Source: Coniocarpon cinnabarinum (lineage: Eukaryota). From it: DNA of 64,000 nt. The position numbers and the translations under genes were made by a program. Each line of letters opens with the position of its first letter. Position 1 is the first letter of the stretch. Below, piece after piece: positions 51,412 through 62,655 of this stretch. Where the stretch lies: contig JAVECO010000077.1 of the NCBI GenBank assembly GCA_051942205.1, positions 1 to 64,000 of the forward strand, read 5' to 3'. Below the pieces are notes generated by a model, which saw nothing but the letters and a program-made list of their open reading frames with translations, searched no databases and had not been told where the DNA came from.

Positions 51412-51609
51412 GCTCTGAGTGATCTGAGTGATCTGCGGGATCTGAGTGATCTGAGTGATCTGCGAGATCTGCGGGATCTGAGTAATCTGAGTAATCTGAG
51501 TAATCTGAGCGATCTGAGTGATCTGCGGGATCTGAGTAATCTGAGGGATCTGTGTGATCCGAGTAATCTGAGGGATCTGAGGGATCTGAGTGATCTGAGT
51601 AATCTGCAT
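51412..51609. repeat. 9-bp minisatellite (GATCTGAGT consensus) x~22
   Basis: Direct inspection; variants AATCTGAGT, GATCTGCGG, GATCTGAGG. Confidence 0.95.
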
Positions 51610-52964
51610 ATTCCAAGTCCCCTGACTACCTCAAATGTACCACGGCCTTGAGATCTTTTTGCGAATGTAATACGCCGTTTACACAGACGTCTCTTTCGAA
51701 ATCGGTGCTGGACATCGTCTAAAGCATGTCATGCCAAAATGCATCTGCAACTCGAAAATCGAACAGCACGTGATAAATTAATAGGAGAGGAGATTTGCTA
51801 CCTGAATTCTTCGCGCCTGAGGTTGTTTGATTCTACATTCGTGTTGATATGGATCGGTACGAGTAACTCGTGTTTATGTGCTAACCCTTTAGACGCCTTA
51901 ACTGAAACAGTGATAATATTAAGAGAGGCGGCGTAGATCTATAGCTAAAGTGTCAGAATATAAATGAGTGTGTAGTACTCTAACGATAGTATTAATATTT
52001 AGAGATCGAGTACCCGTATGAAATCGGTTTCACAATCATATCACACTTTCTGATGGAGTCCACACAGGTTTCCTAAAGAGCTATACGCGACTGAGATATC
52101 CTTGCAGGCATTCAGTGATGCCACCACTTGATTTCGCTTCGGCGTGAGCTTATGTATTGTAGAGATGTTTTGAATCTGTAGGGCGGTTTGGACGATGAAA
52201 TCTTTTCTAGATATTTACTGATTCTTTACTCGGAGCTCGATACGAGACGGTATCTTCAGAGATATGTGGTTACTGCTGTGCAAGCGAATTGTAGAACACA
52301 AGTATGCCATCCTAAAGACTCCAACCACAACATTGACGTGTTGTTATCACTCACCTCGCAAGCTCAATATTTCCTCGTATGATCTTAATATTTTCACAAT
52401 ATGTGAACTCTCTGTCTTGGAATAAACACGAGACTTACTGCCCTTTCGAGATGCATAGTAGTGAAGTCGGAGCTCAATGGACGAGCGCCTTCCTTAACTC
52501 CTCCTCGTCCTTCTTCTTCATCATCTGCATCTTCATCTGCATCTGCATCTTCTTCCTTTTTGCTTTGTGGATTCACATCACGCCATCTTGTGATGCACAA
52601 CATAGAAAGCCTGGCGGAGCAGCCAGGTGAAACAATCATACAGTAGCTTAGGACAATTCATTCGTTTTCGACCAATTTCGGATGCGCTTGAGCCTTGCCA
52701 TGCGAGTATCTTTGAGGCCTTTTAATGCATTTTCTGACGACTTCAGGGCAAAACTGTCGCCATTTCCCCTCCTTATTAGCCCTTGAGATGTTGAAATTGC
52801 CTTTTACGATTATGGCAAGGCATTTCATATGATGAATCGAGAGAGGCACTGAGATGGAGCTAGAGAGACACAGAAAGTGAGAGAGAACGAGAGGACGAGA
52901 CATGAAGGATGGACAGTGCGGGACATGAAAGCAATGAGGGAGAACAAAGCCCGGAAAATGTTGA

Positions 52965-52979
52965 GCGAGACCAGCTCGC
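52965..52979 (-). promoter_or_regulatory. 3'-UTR stem-loop GCGAG-CUGGU-CUCGC (Smaug/Vts1 recognition element-like); homologues at 57935-57949 and 62214-62226
   Basis: The same hairpin lies downstream of all three family copies; CNGGN loop in copies A and C. Confidence 0.6.
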
Positions 52980-53097
52980 ATCTATTACTGTGACTTACAA
53001 ACGAGTGTACGGGTCCCTATTCCCCAGCGACCCAAATGCCAAGCGTATTCATCACAAAGCCAGGCCTGTGAGCCAGCCACATGTACCATCATCACTG

Positions 53098-53408
53098 CTA
53101 TTTGTTCTTGTGCGCTGTATAGCGTCAGCAACGTACAGTTCCCCACAGCAACGAGATCCGAACTTACAGCTTCCCCCCAAAGGGTGCTTGATTTCCTCTT
53201 TGGTCTCCTCATACATGTCCGCAATCCTCCCCGTGAACCCTTCACGCTTCATCTGCGCGTCTTCGCCTTTGTCTTGCATCTTCTTGGCGTTATCGCCGGT
53301 GACACTGGGACCCGCGTTGTGGTCTGGCTTGCGATCTTCCTGCTTTGCCGTCAGGTCTTGCAAGGCCTTGTTGCGGTTGGGGTCCGAGTAATGCTGCTTG
53401 TCAGACAT
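53098..53408 (-). CDS. Small hydrophilic (hydrophilin-like) protein, family copy A, 85 aa
   Basis: MSDKQHYSDPNRNKALQDLT...HPLGGS; 53-nt phase-1 intron 53167-53115 (gtaagt, gctgac, cag); TATA at ~53573-53578. Confidence 0.8.
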
Positions 53409-53586
53409 GCCTGATGTGTTGATGTGCGAATGTCAGAATACGCGGAAAGCTGATGAAAAAGTAGGAAACGATATGCAAAGAGAAGTGCTGGACAGTGGGG
53501 TTTTCAAGTGGAAGATGTGATGGGAATGCTCTGGCTGGCTTCCGTCCGATCTTGGGCAGCATGAAAGCACGCTTTATATGTTGACA

Positions 53587-53600
53587 TGTCAGTCATGCCA
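53587..53600 (-). promoter_or_regulatory. Upstream element TGGCAT-N4-GACA; homologues at 58970-58983 and 62847-62860
   Basis: Identical bipartite motif ~180-205 bp upstream of the ATG of all three copies, with a different 4-bp spacer in each. Confidence 0.6.
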
Positions 53601-55277
53601 CGTAGCTCTAACTGGACGTTGCTGAGACCCGCAGAGGCTACGTTGTCAATCGTGGTCAATGAAAGCTACACCTTTGCAAACGTCTGCTGCGAAAATGCCA
53701 CATGTATACTCAAGGTGGACGGATCTGGTCGCACGGCTACTGAGAACCAATCCCTAATTGAGGGCTCGGCTCGACAACTCTAGAATGTTGGTCTGAGTCA
53801 TTTGTGTTTGCCGCCGGAGTGACGCAAGGGTCCAAAGATGCCTACGCATCATCATTTCGAGTGCATATTATCGACAGTCCCGTTCACTTCAGACGCAGTG
53901 ATCTAGAAAACGGCAAGCAAGGCTCAATTGGCTCTCTATTTGAGAGACGCCGGGGGTAGCCCCACGTTTTCGTAATGGCCAGACTTGTGTCCTGCCAGGT
54001 CGGATGCTCCTTCTCTGGCTGTCTGTGAAGTTCCTGCTTTCAGCTGCGTTGCCATCATCAGGTGAGGCGTTCGGAAGCCATATGAAACGATGAGAATGTA
54101 GCGGAGACATCCCCGTGGCACGAAGTCAATGTATCACAGGTACCCTCTCGACATAATCCGGCTTGAGTAATACCAAGCTGGCGAGATTGCCTGCGATTGG
54201 TCTACAACGGAAGGCTGTCATGGTTCGCGAAATGCGCGACGCTGGTTTCGCCCATATGGTCCGAATTTTTGTACGTCCAGCGCCGAATGCAGTGAAGCGT
54301 AGGCAGAGGTTGTGAGCATCGATCGCTTGTGGAAATAGGGGCCACCGATATTGTATGAACATTGAACTTCCCTTGCATCAAATTACCGTGGTCACCCTAT
54401 TACATACCTAGCTTCATTGTGGCACCGCCAATTCGGGCGAGGGAGCTTGGGCCAACGCGAAAAAACAGCCTTAACCCGTTTAGATTAGAAGTATCAGCCC
54501 GTGCGGACTTCGCGGAGATAGGGTAAGTACTGAGAGCTTTCTACATAAAATAACAGCTTTATCATTGACTTGTTAGTACCCAACGTACAAGTCATGTTTC
54601 TGGTCTCTAGAAAGGCCAAATTAGCCTTTCATGCGTTCTTCAAGTTGAAATTGAGTGCTTGGTGCGTCCAATATTGGTTAAGTCTGCCAGGCGAGTTCAA
54701 TAAATCGACAGTGGGACCGGTGCTGCACATCCTATGGGGCACAAATCGCTGCTCTCTGGATGAAGACAGAAGTCACTTGCAGAGCGGATGACGACGCACG
54801 AACGACAAGTCACAGCGGGAGGAAGAAGGGGAGGAAGAGCAAGCTCAGCGGGAAGAAGCAATGGAGGACGTGTAGCGAGAGGAGCTCCTGCGACGGGTGG
54901 GCGCTTGTTTGGTGATTGATTCTCTTCAAAAGCGATCGCACAGCCCGCGACTGTGGACGCTACTTTGAAGTCTAGGGACAGCTTGACACTGATGCCGACT
55001 GTAGGATCTCCGATGGGTGCTGCGCCCGACGTCTTTTCCCAGAGGTTGGGAACTGCTCAACACTGCTACAGAGCACGGGATCTGAAGTGGGCGCTACACA
55101 GCGTCCTTTCCCTTTGGTTGCTCTGTTGCGTCTTTCTTGGTTAACACGCGCTTGAGAGTACTACCCATCTTGCTCGTCATTCCAGCACCGTGGTCTTCAG
55201 TTCCCATCTCGGTATCTGAGCGGGGTGGTCTTCCTAGCCACTGATGGGGCTTCGGTCTCGATCTAGGCAATCACTGA

Positions 55278-55967
55278 TTAGCATTCCTTGTAAACTCTTC
55301 CTGGCGCGAGAGGGAGAACGTGGGGATTGGGAGCAAAAGGTAGCAAGGAAGGGCAGGGAGAGTAAATGGTCATCACATACGCGAAAGAGAGCATGGTATT
55401 TTTCCTCGACTCATGGAACTTGTCAAACTCCCGCTGGACCGTTTTATCTGCATCTTGCATCTCGTCTTTTTGCGGCGCGAACTTGTTGATGAGCTTGATC
55501 GCATCGGCCAATTCCTTCCTCGCCTCCGCCGGATCCGGCATCTGGTTGGACTCGCCCCTTTCAGAACGCGCGTGGTCCTCATGACAGGACTGGAGCAGCT
55601 CTTCCATGTTCTTGAGCTGGGTCTTCTCGTCGGTAGAGAGGGCCTTGCCATGCTTGTCCCCCATGAACGCCATCAGGGAAGAGGCGTTGAGCAGGTTCTG
55701 CGCGTTCGGGTTCTGGTAGGCATCGTTCAGCATGAGTTGCGCGAACTCCCACTCCGGACTGCCCTTGGTGGCTTTGCCCGTGGCGATTCGGCGCACGGAG
55801 TACAGGAGGGGCCCTGCGAGCGCAGCACCGAGGATGATCGGCGCGACTTTGTTGGCGATGTTGGCGGATTGGTCGCCCCAATTGAGGACCCTGGTGACCC
55901 AGAAGTCGAATTTGCAGCCAAATTCGCCGATGAGCTTGGGATCTGCCGTCGATCAGCTGCACTTCCT
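55278..55967 (-). pseudogene. Isolated coding-like exon of an unknown helical protein
   Basis: GC-rich third codon positions against non-coding-looking flanks; branch and acceptor (gctaat...tag) at ~55968-55999, followed by an in-frame TGA at 55953-55955. Confidence 0.45.
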
Positions 55968-57967
55968 CTACAAACAAGATAAAGTCCTGTCATTAGCGAG
56001 CACAGCACACACCGCAGTCCGACATGTTGAATAGAAAACAGGTCCAGGCGAGAAAGCTGGATGCTATAGATTGTATGACCGATTGATACCACTCGATTGC
56101 CGACCGCAGGGCAGGAATTCCGAGTGCTTGAAAAATTGAGCTTTGCATCTTTTTGCTGACGCAGAGCGGTTGCTGAGACTATGTATCTCTCCCGACGCAC
56201 ACAGTCGCAGAGGATACACCGTGGTCATAACGACAATGAAAGCCAGGTGCAAAGTGTCTAGTTGGTGTCCGCTGAGTAGCGACATGACAGACGAAACAAC
56301 GCTAGAGAGTCTTCGGCACCTGCACATCTCACAGGCGACCGCTGACCTTGTTTCTGGGTGGCTTCAGAGACGCGTTGCCGGGCCATCAGCACGACTTCCT
56401 CACCAAATGCACACACGTGGAGAGCTAGAGAGAATTGGACTGCAGCAACGATTGACAGGATCAATGCATCGGACGCGTAGTATCACGTCACTTCACCTGG
56501 ACGTGGACGGCGTGACAGACTTGCGAACGTCAAACCTGACAACTTCACTTTATGATGACGCTGCAACATCAGAACGGGAATCATGGTCCATCTGCTTCGC
56601 TTCCCGGCGTCATCTTCCTTCTCGCAAGCTTGGAAGTGTTGGAGGACACGAAGTGAACGGAAGCGCACGAGACGGGATGAGAGAGTCACGTGACTTGAGA
56701 GGTCTAGCCTCAATTCGAATTGCACGTGAATTTTAGCGCCCCGCCAGAAATCTCATGACACTGCAATATTAGTCAACGCTTGGACATCACGCGTGCCTGT
56801 TTCTGGTAGGGGTCAAACATATTTTTCCGTAGCGTGTGAGAGATTGAGACAAGGAACGGCCACGTCGCTGTCACGCTCAATGGTTTGCATCGAGGGTGTT
56901 CGGCATCGCTATTCTGTCTCAAATACCCATAAGCGTACTTGCTCCTCAAAATACTCTAACCTAATCGCTATAGGTCGTGCGATGTATTACGGAGATTTTG
57001 CATAGTCGGTTGGTTGGTCTCTGCGGTCTTATTATCATCCTCGCCATTGACATGACCTTTCTGCCCCACCTTAATTATAGTTAAACCATCCAGATCAGAT
57101 CAATCTCTTCTCCAACCCAGATCGAAGAGGCAGATTTCGAACCGCTAAGCAAGCGGTTGGCCACAATCAAACTACTGACCATGCTGACTACCAGTCAAGC
57201 CGTGTGAACAAGCTTCACGAGTCAGGCCAGTGCGAATAAGCCGCTAGGATGCCTCGTAGCCACACCCAAGTCGCCATGAACTAAATCTTCGCTTCTTAGT
57301 CAAGACCTTGACTTCAATGGGCTGTTAAGTAAACCTCCGGGTAGAAGTTTGAACTTTTGCCGACTTGAGCATCATCATGCTCCACATGAAGAAGGCGAAG
57401 ATCGTCAACGGCGCGGTTGTCGAATAGTACAACAAGAGCCCCTGCCACCACCACTCAGTGACAGACCTGCTCCAGTCAAACGTGGAAGCGGGACTTTGCG
57501 TGCGAGGTCTCGCCACCGAAGGTTTTCAGCTTCCTTGTGTGTTTTTGAGGCAAAGAGCGCCATGCCCTCAATGACTAAAGTACTATCAGAACGGCCACAA
57601 TGGCATTTTCCTCATACACTCCATCCCCCTTACTCGTGACGGCAAGGTGTCGCTCAGGTCACGTAAATACTATTGAAACCTAGTGAATCTTAATTAGCCA
57701 ATGGATTTAACCTCATTCGTTGTGCGTATGTATAAAGCTCGCCACTTCGGTTACACATGACTCCGACTACCTCTGATGACAGCAACGGCAAGGTCTGGGG
57801 AGTCTGACAAGGTATCACGTGAACTGGAGACTTCGCGCCACATCCATGTGATGCTCAATACTGCAAGCCAAGCATAGGGAAGTGTGTGAGAGAAAAGGAA
57901 ATAAGAAGCCGAAGTCAGTATATAGGTTGATTGAGCGAGACTAGCTCGCGTTGTAAGCTCAACTTCG

Positions 57968-58781
57968 CTACATGGCATTGAACGAGTGCACAAACCTCAT
58001 TGTCTGGCGACCCAACCGTGAGATTGAACATGATGGGCATCGCCATGACTTGGGACTATCCTTGCCCTTGTCCATGCCTGGATCTGTGTCCCTTGCCTCG
58101 ACGTTGCTCTCAGGCCTGTCCTTCGAAGCTGTACGGCGTCAGCAATTGCCCTTCAATCCTTGAGATTCCTTGTACTTGCTCATAATTTCGCGCTTTTCCC
58201 CGAACTCACCCTGACTATCAGTCCTGGAAGCTATACGGTATCAGCAGCACGATCTTTTCTGCTGTCCGCCTGGAACTTACAGCATGTCCCCAGGGGGTGC
58301 TCAAGCACGTCATGAAAATGTTGATACTTTTGCAAACTATACAGTCCTAAGTGACGCAGACGTTTCAGCTGTCGCTTCAGAGCTCACTATCTCTCGTAGG
58401 CATATCTTGCATCCTTTCCTGCTATTGTGACCTTGCTCGTGTTCTCGCTCGTTTCCTCACCCTCACCCTGGGCCCCCATTTTGGAAGCTATACTGATTCA
58501 GCACCGCAAACTTTCCTGCTGTCCGCCCGTAACTTGCAACCCTCTCCGAAAGGGCCAAAAGAGCGCACTGCTCTGTTCCTATCTTTCACATGGCCACCCA
58601 GAAATCGTCTCTCCCGTGTGGACCCACTTTCGTCAGCCAAGCTCTTCGCATCAGCTTCATCGGATTTGGAGTGTTCTACATGATCTGGTTTGAATTGTTT
58701 CCCCTTCGCTGTACGATATGTTATCGCAGCGTCGTGTGCGGGATCCGAACAAATCTGCTTTCCATTCCCCTTGTCAAGCAT
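57968..58781 (-). pseudogene. Degenerate, internally duplicated family copy B
   Basis: KQICSDPAHDAAITYRTAK..KPDH aligns with copy A; GC-donor intron 58537-58488; duplicated intron 58280-58231 after EHPLGTC; TAG TGA at 58389-58384. Confidence 0.7.
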
Positions 58782-61240
58782 AGCTGCATCAATGATTTGA
58801 ATGCTAGTGTAGGCAGATAGCTAATTCGGGCGTAAGGAAACAGCACAAATAAATGTGCTCTACCATTCCTCTATTCCAAGTGTAAGGCGAGGCGACTATC
58901 ACTTCAGCAAGGAGAGAATGCAGTCACTTCTTAAATCCAATAGATTGGCCACGCTCCAGCTGATTGGTATGTCGTTGATGCCACGTAGAGCGAAGTGGTT
59001 ACGATGGAGTCTCTCAAGGACATGGCGTTGGCCGCGATTCGTGAGTGTTTTGAAAGTCATCTGTTCAAATGATGCAGACAGGCCAGAGTGTCAGTTTGAC
59101 CATGTCCAATTAAAGATCGACAAGTATGCTTGAAGACCATTAGACGAGGCAAATGTGGCTAACGTAGCTGACGAGTGACGCGCACAGCCTATGCATGAGG
59201 ACGCTCACTCGTTTCGGATACGTGGCTGCCATGTCTGGCGCTCTGTTAGGCGTCGTGAAGTAGAGCACTGCAAGTAGGGAGTGAATTTCTCGATATTCAG
59301 AGGCCAGTTAAAGTTACTTGGGTTGCAGTGAGTCGATTTAACGTTTGAGAACAAGGAGATAAATCCAGAGCCACTCAGTACGGGTTTCACATTTCTGGCG
59401 TCACGTCATCATCTGCTCAAGTCGGCAAGTCCAGGATCAGAAGCCGAGAGACGTGTGCAACTCCGCGTGACACAATCGAATACTTCTGGAGTTCCACATG
59501 TGTTTCGCATGCGACGGTTGCGATGTGTCCTCTTGCCCGCCTCCAAAACGATATAAGACCTGTCACAGGCATCAATAGCAGAACGAAAGATTAGTCTTGC
59601 AAGTCGAACGAAAGACTCTAGCTTCAAACACAATTGCTTCCTTTGTTGCGTGTTGCCCCCGCCTCACTACTAGGAACTCAAAGACGATGTATCGGATCTC
59701 TGTACCAAGTCTGACGCACTGAGTGCCTTTTTGAGCTCGATTCCGGTATGGACTAATTGGTAATCTTTCAGAGAATGTTCGTATTAATATGATCTTGTTA
59801 TGCGCATCTTGAAATGTACGAAGGGACTGAGTTCCTCGTGCTACCGCCTGGTTGTGGAATCTCGTTTACAATCACGTGCGAGGACCCAAAGCCTTGGCGA
59901 TTCACGTGACTTGTCGCTGCTACTAGGTTGTCTGCTGCTGTTTAGGGAAAGACAATATAGGTTCCGCGCATTGGTTATTCTAGCCTCCCGTTTTTCCTCA
60001 CCATCTTACAAATCAAGCATCAGGCGTATACCGTCACCGAAAACGCTCGCAGGTATGCTTGCATCGTCCGCGCGACGCCCTCCCATTTCCGCGAGCTGTT
60101 AGCCCCGCCCTCTCCGAAGCGCATTCCGACGATAAAGAAGATGCGAATCCAACTTAGAACCTGGTTGTTTCATTTAACAATACGCCCCGCGTGATTCTGA
60201 CAGTGACACTTGTCTCTGGCGGTGTTGAATCCGGAAATTCGGGCGTCGCAAGCGACGCACTGTCGCCACTCATGCTGGATGCTGGAGTAGAACCCCCTGT
60301 TCATCGCTGGGCCGTGTCGATTGTGTAAGGTCTTGTTAGACCATTTTTCCCGTTTGCCTACTCGATACGCAGGCACTGAATCGAGAGCCTGTCTGCCCGG
60401 TTCCATACTGTTCTTTTCTGTTTCGACGTTGAAAAATGTAAAATTATCAGAGATATTTTGTGATAGTAGGAGTAGTACTGTAATGTTGTTTTGTTTATGT
60501 CTATCGCTTTATCAACAAAGACTATATTCCATTCATTCAATCGTGGATAGCGGTATCTTCCTGACAATCAGCAAGAGTACTACGTAGCAGTCACAGGATA
60601 CGACGAAGTGTCGCATTCAGTGTACAACTGTAGACCCGCTTGCGCTCGCCGCAGCTATGATACCTGTCCTGTGGCCTCAGCTCCTGAGAAGGACAATCTG
60701 TTCGTAGTTCGAAAACTATATATGATAGCAACGAGGTGATCAGTCTTGTCTCGGCTCGAAAATACTGCATACAACATTGCAACACTTCCAGTACTTGATC
60801 ATCAGCCCACACGAACCCAAGCGCTTCGTCCACGATAGCAACCATTGTAGCATCGAATCGTTGAAAAGCGCATCATTCAGAGACGATCCCACCAGCAACG
60901 AGGCCTTCAGCAATACTCAGACCTTTCAGTTGTCGCAGCAACCTGGCTCAGGATCCGGGTCCGGGCCTGGCTCGAGTGAATACCTCTCTCACGCATATTA
61001 CCACCGTCTTTGGCACGCGATCCAGTCCGCGGTCACCACGCATGGACGCGGTACGAGTGAACACCGAGCCGCAGAATCGTAGGTGACGTGCCAATGGTTC
61101 CCTCGTAGTTCGCAAAGTCGTCTTCGCCACCCATACTAACACCCGCTCGACTATTCTTCGCATTCCACCGCCTCATCTACATTCCCCTTCGTCCATAGTG
61201 CCATCGATGCTTACCGATTCATCCACCACTTCGACTATTC

Positions 61241-61627
61241 TTGGCCTCCAGCCATCGTGCTTTTGGCGCCTTCCATGCTGCCGCCGCTACCGGCATCATG
61301 TCCCATGTGCTGACTGATGGGACGCCACACAGGAACCTGCGCAAGCATCCACTTTACGTCTCAGGCGACGAGAATCACACCAACGTAGCCAACATCGCGC
61401 ACGGCGAACGGCCCCCCTCTGAGCGCGACAGCCGCAGCACCACCTCCACTCGCCGCGACTATCAGACGGAAAGCGGCTACACCTCTGCGTACGGCAGTAG
61501 TGAAGGCAATGGCAATGGCAGTGGCAACGGAAGTAACGGCGGCAATGGAGGCAATGGGGGAAATGGGGGAAATGGCAATCCCCAGATTGAAAGCTCCAAA
61601 CGGAGGCGTGATCCGGCGTCCAGGTGA
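61241..61627 (+). other. Low-complexity ORF with Gly/Asn repeat; possible exon
   Basis: GNGNGSGNGSNGGNGGNGGNGGN at ~61505-61580; ORF ends at a gtgagt donor-like site. Confidence 0.3.
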
Positions 61628-62362
61628 GTTCTACTGGTGCTTTGCTATGTTGGAAGAACGGCACTGAAATTTTGCAGTGGTGGTGGGAGGTCCAATAGAT
61701 GAGATTGGACGGGCTTTTTGCCCTGAAAGCTGGGTTATGTGGATTGCCGTCTCGTTCAAGGAGAGAAATCATCCGCTTGTCGCTCGTTGAATATACAAAA
61801 ATGCTCTCGCTATTGAGGTTTCACGTCTTTTGAGATTGAGTGTCTGTGAGTGGCTTACTAAGGTCTCGTTCTCTTTACCAGGTGCCTTTGAGATGGCATT
61901 TTTGTGTCGACGTACTCTTCCTGCACTGGTACGCCTCGTGCCGGGCAATTCTTCTCCGGGGCGCCGTAGGTCACAGTAATCAAAGGCAAGTCTAAGGTGA
62001 AGGGTGGCTCTTATGCTTCTGCTTATTTGCCAGCTTGATACGTAGCCTAGAGAACCTGAAAATACTATCCTGGCTCCCTAGAACTAAGCGTTGATTTTGG
62101 GAGCAGCAGGGGCCTAAAGTAGGATGGGGACATCGTCCTGTTTAGCACAAAGTATGGATGGCAACAGAATGGAAAGCAGAAGAGAGAAAACACCGGCGAT
62201 GTAAGATATTAACCGAGACCAGCTCGCATCAACATTTCTATGAATGAATGAATCATCCCCATTGAAAGGAGTGGACAGACTGGCCTATTCGGCAGCCCAA
62301 TGGCCAACCATGGTAAGGCCCCATCAACAAGCCAGGTGTTTCAGTCAGCTGTGTGTTGTTTA

Positions 62363-62655
62363 TTACTTCCCACCGCTGTTGCTGGCTAGACAAGTGTTAG
62401 CAACAGACTATCCCGTCATTCAGTGACGGCAAACTTACGTCCACCACCACCACCACCCAATGCAGCCTTCGCTTTGTCTTTCAAACTGCGCTTCTCCTTC
62501 GCGGAATTCCCTTTATCAGCCGCTTTCTTTTTGTCTTCTGACATCGTTGTGTCATAAGTTTGGTCGTCAGCCTTATTAGTACCCCTCCCCGTAAGATCCA
62601 ATAGGGCGCGGTTGCGGTTGGGGTCAGAGGTTTTCTGATCCTTGTTGTCACTCAT
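62363..62655 (-). CDS. Small hydrophilic (hydrophilin-like) protein, family copy C, 79 aa
   Basis: MSDNKDQKTSDPNRNRALLDLT...; 53-nt phase-1 intron 62438-62386 (gtaagt, gctaac, tag); TATA-like site at ~62805-62810. Confidence 0.8.

Noticed and set aside
52500..52560. TCATC/TGCATC low-complexity tract giving DADADEDADDEEE
   Set aside because: Simple repeat with no supported gene structure.
57040..57640. Possible BTB-like gene relic
   Set aside because: Only vague resemblance and many stops; cannot be supported without a search.
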